41,537 bases of DNA. Origin: a virus (taxonomy: Duplodnaviria > Caudoviricetes). The stretch is from positions 1-41,537 of IMG/VR virus record IMGVR_UViG_3300037104_000552, one strand, 5' to 3'. The notes beneath the pieces were generated by a model that did no database searches, was not told the DNA's origin, and saw nothing but the letters and a program-made list of their open reading frames with translations. The position numbers and the translations under genes were made by a program. This document shows positions 19,201 through 26,630 of this stretch, one piece after another (the first letter of the stretch is position 1; each line of letters starts with the position of its first letter).

Positions 19201-19820
19201 TCGGGCAAACTACAAGATATTTTGATTTCTCTTCCAATCATTACGGTGCAAGTGGAGATCCTATTTACGGGAATTATATTAAGGTTGCTTCCTCGGGTCA
19301 GTTTGGGACAGCACCTATCCCTGCGTTCCCCGGGACTTTAGTATCGTGGATGAATACAAGCCCCTCAAATCCCGATGGGAACGCACCCATCAATAAAAAT
19401 CTGTACGGTATTATTCTCTATACCCAGACCGTTGATTCCAGCATCACGCAGTCCGATCTTGATGTGTACGCATCCCAGTACCTCGTCAACAAATCGTATT
19501 ACCTACGGAAAGCGTCAGTCACCGCGAAACTCATTATGGATTACTGCGCGCCAGGGTGGAGGAGCCAGTACCAGACTTATGACCCGAATATGGTCCGGGA
19601 GGGCAACCTGATCACGGTGCTGACCAGCCTGAACCTGTCGCCCGGCAATGATCCGAACGCCACATACCCGGACGGCCAGTACCAGAACCGGTGGCAGGTA
19701 ATGAGCTGGACGCTTGACGGGAGTACCATGCAGGTGACGTGTGAGCTCGGTGACTATGAGAAGAACACCTACACGCTGATGCAGCAGTTGACTTCATCAA
19801 GCAACCAGACTTTGACGTAG
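16290..19820 (+). CDS. Large tail-tip/hub protein with an N-terminal Gly-rich domain and PKD domains
   Basis: TTGA overlap start. Gly-rich segment, PKD motif APLTVNFTDTS...WTWNFGDG...QNPTHTY, hub-like VWSGQI, and C-terminal REGNLITV...CELGD. Confidence 0.8.
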   Translation: MTTVYIKVGTSSWTVPTGVSLLTSVTIIGAGAQGYGGATSVAEGGSGGNAATSTTVNNISVTAGMVIPCSVGAYGTAISNYTSNTSAPWYNAGAGGGTTSFGSSGTVGPYSSTGAQDLSVGSMTGTALGGNGASGGVTGDGSSNAATGGGSGGSGGSGYGSGGGGAHAGTYSGGHASDGIIVITYTAAVTPVASFTYTPSSGNAPLTVNFTDTSTNTPTSWTWNFGDGYGSTSQNPTHTYTAAGTYTVSLTASNAAGSSSPVTNTVTVTSSPVAAFVMNPDNIGPVQVATNGAIYTQQIKLFDQSTVVGSIINQWSWTCSASGATFSPSATAQNPILTVPAIASPATFTVSLQVETSAGVTSSTTTKTVYQQSTLITKPLASDYFKTISIFLYSPPVPASVPSGVTTPCATVLNRVRSPNNNLFFTDFQCVGSIDKAGTLTFTAVDLGFSTAAERYLMTTAGVYVVVMIGYSVVWSGQILRATNSVTQTYSGTSGYASYSVECESDIGKMKTQYVATSAQKLTTGSTGAIVSSLVQANLSTDPNWNGAVDPSIISREGNQISYTITSGDMYDQFITLANNSGFDWRTRMQTVITSYSTWSSPTLTFGNAIGNYGAGNYAGKWVLFPVPTYKVVTLAFISGGLNNGGNTIVAGDTVRETSGTVYGVVMQVTTTSGTWAAGTAAGTIVLMTTQTWTASQYSDDLVAGANSAYITSITSTITTANQTGILSWAYCSSNASATALTLTSIQNQGMIPPASSRAVVLIGPVLDYAWSLEPPMPCLTLLANAASDPTTFQGLDFSDKSDYKSLATVVTVKGKTIVPTQGTGVGSTITSTLYAKDQWDGTYNFFKKSTYVTQRMDGYIYSFTGGTANVVLIGQGYALQGGSGTSGDSFYLYIPGYPGNPLGPYYITTGGVSTQTQADGTLTTTITATANMGTASYNATRYSAFITTKLYVADPAWLINTSASNVGINVGQTTRYFDFSSNHYGASGDPIYGNYIKVASSGQFGTAPIPAFPGTLVSWMNTSPSNPDGNAPINKNLYGIILYTQTVDSSITQSDLDVYASQYLVNKSYYLRKASVTAKLIMDYCAPGWRSQYQTYDPNMVREGNLITVLTSLNLSPGNDPNATYPDGQYQNRWQVMSWTLDGSTMQVTCELGDYEKNTYTLMQQLTSSSNQTLT

Positions 19821-19831
19821 GGAGGGGATTT

Positions 19832-20050
19832 ATGGTGGATTTCACTCAAGAACACGCCACGGCAATAATTGAGACACGTAAGGATATCGAATTTATCAAG
19901 AAATATCTTGAGGACGGGAATAAGTGCATGGCCGACCACGAGAAACGGATCCGGTTTATTGAACAGACGTGGTGGAAGATCTGCGGGGGAGTGATTGCCG
20001 TTGCCGCAATAGTGCCATGGATAATAGATTATTTCAAAAAAGGAAGTTAA
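19832..20050 (+). CDS. Holin-like (XhlA-type) small membrane protein
   Basis: Coiled coil (DHEKRIRFIE) plus one C-terminal TM helix. Last gene of the late arm, GGAGGGG RBS. Confidence 0.55.
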   Translation: MVDFTQEHATAIIETRKDIEFIKKYLEDGNKCMADHEKRIRFIEQTWWKICGGVIAVAAIVPWIIDYFKKGS

Positions 20051-20241
20051 CTCATCTTCCCTTTTAGCCAGTACTTGAACCGGGTCCATGCACTCGGAGG
20101 GTTTATAGGGATTTTATAGGTAGTTCCCTGAAGTTTCCGGGCGTTCTGCAACTCGAACTTGATCTCGCTCAAGAGTCCGAGTTCGGCTTTCTGTAACCGG
20201 ATCAGTTCATCGAGATACTTCTTGAGGTCCGGGTCGATCAT
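20047..20241 (-). CDS. Hypothetical protein
   Basis: GGTGA RBS, ATGA coupling. Its stop overlaps the convergent holin-like stop. Confidence 0.65.
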   Translation of the reverse strand: MIDPDLKKYLDELIRLQKAELGLLSEIKFELQNARKLQGTTYKIPINPPSAWTRFKYWLKGKMS

Positions 20242-20540
20242 TGCCGATCACCGAGAAGGAAATCACGGGTAGTCTGATCCACCTTGTTTCTTCGGTTTTC
20301 AGAAGCGGTTGTGACAATCTCTGCCGCAGAAGGGATTCTACCGGTTTTCTGAAGGATCTCTTGGGCTGTCTCGGTCATAATCGCATCGATCACCGTGAGG
20401 TCTCCTTCATGGGTTCCCATATCTTTAAGGAAATCATAGAGGTTTCGCGCCTCATACATGTCAAGAGACAGAGTGACAATAATGTCCTCTTTCTTGTAGT
20501 GAAGGAGAACATGCGCTCCTTTACGCCGAATTTCGATCAT
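20238..20540 (-). CDS. Hypothetical protein
   Basis: Start MIEIRRK chosen from the ATGA overlap with the upstream gene. Confidence 0.65.
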   Translation of the reverse strand: MIEIRRKGAHVLLHYKKEDIIVTLSLDMYEARNLYDFLKDMGTHEGDLTVIDAIMTETAQEILQKTGRIPSAAEIVTTASENRRNKVDQTTRDFLLGDRQ

Positions 20541-20917
20541 ACCCCATCTCTCCTCATCGAGCATCCGGGCGGGATGTAAAAGAGAACGTGTTTCGATCCC
20601 CTGCGCTGGCCGTGGTAGATGGAACAGAGCCGGGGCCGGTCCGGGGAATCGTGAATGTCACACCATGTTTCTTCTGGATATCCATGATCTCTATTAAATG
20701 CATTGTTCAATGTCATTTCCGATGGAACAATATTGCTGAATACATCAAGCTCATTTGGATGTAGATGTATGCACTCGTGCGGCACCAGAATGAATCCCTG
20801 ATCTTCAACCAAACCCCGGCACCTGTAGTATGCCAGTATTTCCGGTGACATGCCGGAAATGGGAAGGGGAAGTACCCGGCAGCACGCACCGCAGCGGCAA
20901 CAGGGTTTCTCGGTCAT
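20537..20917 (-). CDS. YkgJ-like cysteine-cluster (CxxCxxCC) protein
   Basis: CCRCGACC...CIHL...CDIH...RPRLCSIY. Confidence 0.8.
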   Translation of the reverse strand: MTEKPCCRCGACCRVLPLPISGMSPEILAYYRCRGLVEDQGFILVPHECIHLHPNELDVFSNIVPSEMTLNNAFNRDHGYPEETWCDIHDSPDRPRLCSIYHGQRRGSKHVLFYIPPGCSMRRDGV

Positions 20918-21045
20918 ACCTTGACTCCCTGCTCAATCTTTTCTGCCGTTTCAAACGAACCCCTGCGGCGGTACTGAGTGATGAGATATGCCTTCAATCC
21001 GAATGCTTTAATCTGTTCTTTCCTCGTTGGCATTCTGTATTTCAT
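20914..21045 (-). CDS. 43-aa basic protein, not in the ORF track
   Basis: MKYRMPTRKEQIKAFGL...EQGVKV, with ATGA overlaps at both ends. Confidence 0.6.
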   Translation of the reverse strand: MKYRMPTRKEQIKAFGLKAYLITQYRRRGSFETAEKIEQGVKV

Positions 21046-21215
21046 ACCTTAACTCCCATAGCATCAGCGACAACTTCCCCGAGCGTCACTTCCCGGGCCC
21101 GGCCCTGTTTGGCAAGCATCTTCTCCTTATCGGATTTCTTCTCCCGGATCTTGTCGTAGACTTTGAGCGGGACCTGGACGTTCTTTCTTTGCAGGGCGTC
21201 AGTGCCGGCGATCAT
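21042..21215 (-). CDS. 57-aa ribbon-helix-helix-like protein, not in the ORF track
   Basis: RKNVQVPLKVYDKIREKK...TLGEVVADAM strand-helix-helix pattern, ATGA overlaps. Confidence 0.6.
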   Translation of the reverse strand: MIAGTDALQRKNVQVPLKVYDKIREKKSDKEKMLAKQGRAREVTLGEVVADAMGVKV

Positions 21216-21466
21216 GGAAATGGCACCCTTCCAACCACATCCATCCCGCCCTCAACCAGGGTCAAACTACACTGTGAAAGAGGGACTGTTCCTTCAAATA
21301 TAAGACGATCACTGAGGTTTTTGTCATCTGGATAATGATTTGCAATCGCTTTTTTTGCGGCCTCTATTGAAACAGCTGGGGTATGAATTGATGGACGTAA
21401 CATACCGCTGTATGGGACAGGGACAGTGAAGAAGTACCATTCGGTGCCTTTAGGGAATTGTGTCAT
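21212..21466 (-). CDS. Hypothetical protein
   Basis: ATGA-coupled 84-aa ORF in the operon chain. Confidence 0.65.
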   Translation of the reverse strand: MTQFPKGTEWYFFTVPVPYSGMLRPSIHTPAVSIEAAKKAIANHYPDDKNLSDRLIFEGTVPLSQCSLTLVEGGMDVVGRVPFP

Positions 21467-21648
21467 GATTCTTCCTTCGCAGTCTCTTCAAGAGTCGCCT
21501 GCCGCTGCCGGTATTCCTTTTTCTTCCATCCCTGCCGGCATACCCGGCCGGTCAGCCGGTGCAGGAAATGAAGGATGCAGAAATACACCTTTTCATTCTC
21601 GCATTCGACACAGACGTTCCGGTTGACACGCTCTTTCTTCTCGGTCAT
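21463..21648 (-). CDS. Small Cys/His-rich protein
   Basis: MTEKKERVNRNVCVECENE...FCILH...VCRQ. Start chosen next to the upstream stop. Confidence 0.6.
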   Translation of the reverse strand: MTEKKERVNRNVCVECENEKVYFCILHFLHRLTGRVCRQGWKKKEYRQRQATLEETAKEES

Positions 21649-21649
21649 T

Positions 21650-21832
21650 TTATCCCCAGTTTGGATTTGTCCAGTAGTTGTATTTCCGCGCATGGACAAC
21701 GTGGCATTCGCATTCTTCGTTTTCGCAGTCGTCCCCGGCCTCTCTTGGAACGGATTGGACTTTTCCACAGTCGGGACATTTCGTCATATCTCGAAGTTCT
21801 CGGAGAAACTGCGCTTTTGATTTCTCGGTCAT
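21650..21832 (-). CDS. Small zinc-ribbon protein
   Basis: CPDCG...CENEEC, with GGAG RBS and ATGA overlap. Confidence 0.65.
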   Translation of the reverse strand: MTEKSKAQFLRELRDMTKCPDCGKVQSVPREAGDDCENEECECHVVHARKYNYWTNPNWG

Positions 21833-22050
21833 GGCTGGTACTCCTGTGGGTTTACGAGCCGTGAAAGAACGATCTCGACGGGGAACGGGCACTTAATATT
21901 CCGTACTGATGCGTCCGTTTCTGGGCCAAACACACATCCGGCTCGGGTACAGTCGCCTTCCCATACTCGGCAGAGGTGCCCCAGTGGACACCACAACCGA
22001 CTTCCCTTTTCCAATGACGACGACGGTTCTTGTGGTTTCATTCCGGTCAT
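21829..22050 (-). CDS. Small Cys-rich protein
   Basis: WCPLGHLC...C...C...CPF, with ATGA overlaps. Confidence 0.6.
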   Translation of the reverse strand: MTGMKPQEPSSSLEKGSRLWCPLGHLCRVWEGDCTRAGCVFGPETDASVRNIKCPFPVEIVLSRLVNPQEYQP

Positions 22051-22229
22051 GCAGCAACACGCTCCTGGCACCTTCCGGCTACCGTGTCAATATACTTGAG
22101 ACGGCTCCTTTCATTGGTATCCACGCCGTCGATCTCGGTCTTTGGGTAGAGTTCTTTTGCCTTCTCCCATGCCTCACTGTTATCAGAACAGTGCATGAAC
22201 TTTTTACAATCGGTACATTTGAAGGTCAT
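22047..22229 (-). CDS. Small Cys-rich protein
   Basis: CTDCKKFMHC...RC, with ATGA overlaps. Confidence 0.65.
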   Translation of the reverse strand: MTFKCTDCKKFMHCSDNSEAWEKAKELYPKTEIDGVDTNERSRLKYIDTVAGRCQERVAA

Positions 22230-22588
22230 GCAGATCTCGCCTTCCTGCCGGGCTTTTTCCTCAGCGTGACCGGTCTCTGCGCGGGTTCCGGTTTCTCCTC
22301 CATGGTCTCAGAGGTCATTTCAATTCCTGCATCTGCCAGCTTGACCGGCTCCGGCTTCTTCTCTTCGACCGGCTCGGGTTTCAACGGCACACCGATCTTC
22401 GCTTTCGGTACATGCGGGTTGACCGGATCGGCCAGAACGCAGTCTACTTCAACATCCCGGGGACCATACCGGCACAGCTTCGGGATACACCGCTCATCCT
22501 TGATATGCGGCTGCTTGTGGGCACAACAGTTACTTTGTTCCTGACAGGTCTCGACAGCCGAGCAGATGAAAAGTTGGCGCTGCATCAT
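22226..22588 (-). CDS. Cys-rich N-domain plus Pro/Lys/Glu-rich tail protein
   Basis: GAGGTG RBS, C...C...CCAH...C...C pattern. Confidence 0.65.
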   Translation of the reverse strand: MMQRQLFICSAVETCQEQSNCCAHKQPHIKDERCIPKLCRYGPRDVEVDCVLADPVNPHVPKAKIGVPLKPEPVEEKKPEPVKLADAGIEMTSETMEEKPEPAQRPVTLRKKPGRKARSA

Positions 22589-23550
22589 GGCACCTCTACT
22601 TTACCAAGGATTATGGGGGTTTCTTTTCGGATTTCGGCTTTAATGGTTTGAACCTTATCTGGTCCCAGATAAAATCCAACTGCAATACGTGGGGAAATTA
22701 CCCATTTTGAAACGATGCCTCCATAATACCAAGTGACGATTCCCTCACCGGCCTTGATTCCCTCACCGGCCTTGATTCCCGTACCGGCCTTGATTCCCGT
22801 ACCGGCCTTTATTCCCCAACCGGCCTTGATTCCCGTACCGGCCTCGATTCCCGTACCGGCCTTGATTCCCGTACCGGCCTTGATTCCCCAACCGGCCTCG
22901 ATTCCCGTACAGGCCTCGATTCCCTCACCGGCCTTGATTCCCTCACCGGCCTTGATTCCCGTACCGGCCTTGATTCCCCAACCGGCCTCGATTCCCTCAC
23001 CGGCCTTGATTCCCGTACCGGCCTTTATTCCCTCACCGGCCTTGATTCCCGTACCGGCCTCGATTCCCTCACCGGCCTTGATTCCCTCACCGGCCTTGAT
23101 TCCCGTACCGGCCTTTATTCCCTCACCGGCCTTGATTTCCCAACCGGCCTTGATTCCCTCACCGGCCTTGATTCCCTCACCGGCCTTGATTACCGTACCG
23201 GCCTTGATTCCCTCACCGGCCTCGATTCCCGTACCGGCCTCGATTCCCCAACCGGCCTTGATTCCCTCACCGGCCTTGATTCCCGTACCGGCCTCGATTC
23301 CCCAAACGGCCTTGATTCCCGTACCGGCCTTGATTCCCGTACCGGCCTCGATTCCCGTACCGGCCTCGATTCCCGTACCGGCCTTTGCATAGATATATCC
23401 GGTCGCTACCAACCCATAACCGAATTTGACGCACCCGAGATTTTCAGCAATCTCAACATTGCCCTCAAATTGGAAATTGGCGTTGTACTCGTAAAATCCT
23501 GTATCTGGATTTTTCACAAGATCTTTTTCAGTAATTACTTTTGTTTCCAT
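22585..23550 (-). CDS. Hexapeptide-repeat (I-K/E-A-G-T/E/W-G) beta-solenoid protein
   Basis: About 36 six-residue repeats between unique N- and C-terminal caps. GGAG RBS and coupling to neighbours. Confidence 0.85.
   Translation of the reverse strand: METKVITEKDLVKNPDTGFYEYNANFQFEGNVEIAENLGCVKFGYGLVATGYIYAKAGTGIEAGTGIEAGTGIKAGTGIKAVWGIEAGTGIKAGEGIKAGWGIEAGTGIEAGEGIKAGTVIKAGEGIKAGEGIKAGWEIKAGEGIKAGTGIKAGEGIKAGEGIEAGTGIKAGEGIKAGTGIKAGEGIEAGWGIKAGTGIKAGEGIKAGEGIEACTGIEAGWGIKAGTGIKAGTGIEAGTGIKAGWGIKAGTGIKAGTGIKAGEGIKAGEGIVTWYYGGIVSKWVISPRIAVGFYLGPDKVQTIKAEIRKETPIILGKVEVP
22740..23387. repeat. 18-bp tandem repeat, about 36 units
   Basis: Unit on +: ccggcct(t/c)gattccc(gta/tca/caa). Confidence 0.95.
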
Positions 23551-23551
23551 T

Positions 23552-23794
23552 TCAGATCTCCCCGCCTTTGTTCATCTCTTCCGGTGTGGCGCGGATAACC
23601 CTGCCGCATCCCTGTTTCATTTCGTTGGGATCGGTATGTGCCAGCCCTCCGCCACACTGGTACAGATGGATATCCGGAACTTTGTCAGACTCTTTCGCGT
23701 TCTTCGTATCCTCTTCGCTTAAGAGAGTTGGTCCGAGGTCGATCCAGTTTTCCCCGAAGCATCGGGAACACTGCGGTAACTTGTTCGTTGCCAT
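23552..23794 (-). CDS. Zinc-ribbon protein
   Basis: CSRC...YQC...GCG. A TATA box lies about 25 bp upstream, so the transcript is probably leaderless. Confidence 0.65.
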   Translation of the reverse strand: MATNKLPQCSRCFGENWIDLGPTLLSEEDTKNAKESDKVPDIHLYQCGGGLAHTDPNEMKQGCGRVIRATPEEMNKGGEI

Positions 23795-23824
23795 GAACAT
23801 TGTTCAATGTGTTCAAATATAAAA
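23794..23824 (-). promoter_or_regulatory. TATA promoter with an overlapping palindromic operator
   Basis: TTTTATAT on the - strand at 23817-23824. TGAACA-T-TGTTCA at 23794-23806 plus a third half-site at 23810-23815. Confidence 0.55.
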
Positions 23825-23853
23825 CTTGTGATTTTCCTTAAAAGAGGTAAAGG

Positions 23854-24381
23854 TTATTTGCGGGAAAGCGTTACCCATTTCCCGGTCTGCTTGTTGATGA
23901 CTTTGACCGTCCGGTACTTCCGGTTTTTCTTCTGCGTGATCTCGTTTCTTTGCCTTTGCCGTTGCTCTTTGCCGTAGATGAGCCGTTCCCTTTCTTCTGC
24001 GGGTTTGCAGCTCCAGCAGACTTGCCCGTCTCCTTTACCATCCACACCGGCAGGTATGTAATAACCCTGTTGACTGCATCGAGGGCACAACACCTTGCCG
24101 GCCCGCTCTGCCGCATTGCACGACAGACACATAGGGTAACAACCTGATCTTCTGAAATCAAGATATCTGTCACGGTAGCGGTAGACATCGGATGTTCCCG
24201 GGTGACAGACAACCTTTGCGATGTTTCCGCACCAGACACATCCCCCTCTGTTCTCTGGAGAGGACAGGAAAATAATACGGAGCCATTGCCAATCGGGGCC
24301 GGACCAGAGGATACGATTTGCTGATTGTCTGTTCTCGATGAGGATGTTGGCTTGGCTTCGGTTTTGGTGCTGCACACTCAT
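23854..24381 (-). CDS. Multi-CxxC protein with a degenerate HNH-like N-domain
   Basis: CVWCG...VVCH...MCLSCN, then CPRC...CWSC. GGTGA RBS. Confidence 0.6.
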   Translation of the reverse strand: MSVQHQNRSQANILIENRQSANRILWSGPDWQWLRIIFLSSPENRGGCVWCGNIAKVVCHPGTSDVYRYRDRYLDFRRSGCYPMCLSCNAAERAGKVLCPRCSQQGYYIPAGVDGKGDGQVCWSCKPAEERERLIYGKEQRQRQRNEITQKKNRKYRTVKVINKQTGKWVTLSRK

Positions 24382-24554
24382 ATCACCCGGTTATTGTTTT
24401 CAATAAGAAGGTCAATCTCATTGACTTTGCCTTTGAATGGGGATTTATGGGATTCACGCGATCTTGAAAACGCCCATGGATCGATATTATCAAGCGCAGG
24501 AATACGTCTCCCCCGATATTGAACAAAATCAGAGAATTTCAGTTTTTCAGTCAT
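24378..24554 (-). CDS. 58-aa hypothetical protein, not in the ORF track
   Basis: MTEKLKFSDFVQYRGRR... abuts the upstream stop and overlaps the downstream ATG. Confidence 0.55.
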   Translation of the reverse strand: MTEKLKFSDFVQYRGRRIPALDNIDPWAFSRSRESHKSPFKGKVNEIDLLIENNNRVI

Positions 24555-24737
24555 TCAGAACCGCGTCTCCGCTGCCGGTGCTTTCTCTACCGATTTCTGT
24601 TCGTTCGGTAACGGCTCGCCGCGCTGGATCTTACCGAGACATTCCGGGCAGGTTTGCAATAAAGAAGTGTTGATCTTCTCTACTTCAAGATCGATCATGA
24701 ATGTGTTGAGGCAATACTGGCATTTAAGAACAGTCAT
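24555..24737 (-). CDS. Small zinc-ribbon protein
   Basis: CQYC...CPEC, with ATGA overlap. Confidence 0.65.
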   Translation of the reverse strand: MTVLKCQYCLNTFMIDLEVEKINTSLLQTCPECLGKIQRGEPLPNEQKSVEKAPAAETRF

Positions 24738-25135
24738 ACATAATCAAACAGGATTCTCGTGATCTCTGTTATGGGAGTGCATCCATTCATCTCGCAGAAC
24801 ATTTCGACAAAATTTTGCGGGGTCATTTCAGGGAATCCCTCCATTGTTGTCTCATTTGACCACCAAATCGGTTGCAGGCAAATGGGATTAATTACCCTCA
24901 ATGGATTTCGGGCAATTTCATCAACGGGTTCAAATGTGACATCGAGGATTTCAATCTCACAGATATTTTTGACATGCTCGCCTTTCTTTAACCCTTGGCA
25001 CTTTTCAACTGCCATGAGATGATCGCCGGGTTTGAGATTCTTCCATGCCGGACCGTTTTTATTGCCGCGCCGAGTCACATATTTTCTGCGGGTCCTGACC
25101 TGTTCGGTTGTTGCCGAAAAAGAAATGTTGCGCAT
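24734..25135 (-). CDS. ASCH/PUA-like domain protein
   Basis: MRNISF...KYVTRR...WKNLKPGD...EGF...FVEMF...RILF signature. Confidence 0.8.
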   Translation of the reverse strand: MRNISFSATTEQVRTRRKYVTRRGNKNGPAWKNLKPGDHLMAVEKCQGLKKGEHVKNICEIEILDVTFEPVDEIARNPLRVINPICLQPIWWSNETTMEGFPEMTPQNFVEMFCEMNGCTPITEITRILFDYV

Positions 25136-25494
25136 TACCGGATCGCTCCTTTTGTGACCAGTCGCATGAAGTCAGCGAAGCGCAGGCACACGTAGAGGTC
25201 GCTACGGTTCCGCTTGAATACAAGGAGCGGCATCAGTTTCTCTTTCTCGGCATTGATCCGCGCCTGCTCGAGCGCCTGCCAGATATTGAGGGTTTCCTGC
25301 GCCTTGCATTCGATCCCGAAGGGGAACAGTTCTCTGGCCCGGGTACTCAGGTGAATGTCCACCCCGGATTCTCCCATAATAGCGCATTTCACATCTTCGC
25401 TGCCGATTGTCGGTAAAGAAGAGATAATTTGGGATCGGGTCTCTTCCTGTAGGCCCCGCGCTTTCGCTTTCCTTGACTTAATAGAGATAGACAT
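25135..25494 (-). CDS. PD-(D/E)XK Holliday-junction resolvase-like nuclease
   Basis: SRKAKARGLQ...GESGVDI...IECK...QA...PLLVFKRNR. GGAGG RBS before ATG 25494. Confidence 0.85.
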   Translation of the reverse strand: MSISIKSRKAKARGLQEETRSQIISSLPTIGSEDVKCAIMGESGVDIHLSTRARELFPFGIECKAQETLNIWQALEQARINAEKEKLMPLLVFKRNRSDLYVCLRFADFMRLVTKGAIR

Positions 25495-26630
25495 TATCCC
25501 TCCGTGTTGATCTCTTCGGGCGCGTAGATTCCATCGATGGAGAAGGCTTTCCGCAGGCAGACCGATTCGGCGACTTTCAGGATCATCGCGGATGGGTGAG
25601 ACTTCCACACGCCGAATCCGGTGTTAAACTCGTTGAATGGCACTTGCGTCTCGAAGGGATGGGTCATATCGTTCCTCCATACCTTGCACCACGCGGATTC
25701 GATTACCTTCTTGCCGTCTTTGTCAATTTCGTAATTGACACCGGACTGCATCCCGTCAAAGTGACCGGAACGGTGAGCAACTGCAAGGAACCCGTCCCGG
25801 CCGGCAAATATGAGCGCCGGCTGATTGTCGTTCCTCTTGACCGCCCAGATCTGCTTGAGCAGCGGGTCGAGTCCGTAGGTCTTTGAGAGATACATCAGCA
25901 GTTTGAACTCCGGTTCCGAGCAGTTCCGCGCTGCCATGTTCCGGATCAGCAGCAAGTCCTCATTTGAATAGGTCTTGACAACTGTACGGGATGGTTCAAA
26001 AACCGCTACAGATTGATTCTGCGGCACTTCTTCAACCACTTTGGCGGGAACTACTGTAACCGGTACTTTCTGCGCAGGAACTGCCTTTTTCGGCTCTTTG
26101 GCTTGCTTCTCTGCAACGAGATTCCGCGCATACTCTTCATCCTCCTTGTTCTTAGCTGCGATCTGCTCGGCTTGCTTGGCGAGATTAATCTGTGCCTCTA
26201 CGTCACGCTTGCAGTTCTCCTTTGGTTCCAGAGTGGAACAATCGTGAATGAAAACACAGGTCTTGCACTCGACCGGGAGATCTTTGACTCCTACAGGCGC
26301 TTGCTGATTTGATACTGCCGGTGCTTTTACTTTCTCAGCTGCGTCATCAGCGCGTTTCTTTTCGATGTTCTCCTGCAAAATCTCTTTGCCGGTCTTGAAC
26401 TTCGTATCTTCATCAGCCGGACCGACATTTACAATCGCCCGGTTCCCCTTTGCATCGATGTTGACCAGCCACCGGTATTCGTTGCCGGCCTGCACCTTGT
26501 CGCCTTTCTTGATAATCGACAGGATCTTGAGTTCGCAGGGGATACCGGTTTCCTGCCCTTCAAGGAATATCATTACTCCGCTGCTTTTGACGAACTTTGC
26601 GATGATTGTCTCTTGGGTTTTTTCCGTCAT
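25494..26630 (-). CDS. bet: RecT/Redbeta single-strand annealing protein with a long N-terminal extension
   Basis: YGLDPLLKQIWAVK...GRDGFL...AWCKVWR...WKSHPSAMILKVAESVCLRKAF. Confidence 0.9.
   Translation of the reverse strand: MTEKTQETIIAKFVKSSGVMIFLEGQETGIPCELKILSIIKKGDKVQAGNEYRWLVNIDAKGNRAIVNVGPADEDTKFKTGKEILQENIEKKRADDAAEKVKAPAVSNQQAPVGVKDLPVECKTCVFIHDCSTLEPKENCKRDVEAQINLAKQAEQIAAKNKEDEEYARNLVAEKQAKEPKKAVPAQKVPVTVVPAKVVEEVPQNQSVAVFEPSRTVVKTYSNEDLLLIRNMAARNCSEPEFKLLMYLSKTYGLDPLLKQIWAVKRNDNQPALIFAGRDGFLAVAHRSGHFDGMQSGVNYEIDKDGKKVIESAWCKVWRNDMTHPFETQVPFNEFNTGFGVWKSHPSAMILKVAESVCLRKAFSIDGIYAPEEINTEG

Noticed and set aside
19832-20050. Complete lysis cassette with endolysin (PeiW/PeiP-like)
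   Set aside because: No pseudomurein endopeptidase or other lysin is recognisable, consistent with an S-layer host. The holin call itself is tentative.
22733-23392. Plus-strand PALIP-repeat ORF and alternate-frame RESRPV ORFs
   Set aside because: Shadows of the stop-free 18-bp repeat. Only 22585-23550 has unique caps, an RBS and coupling.
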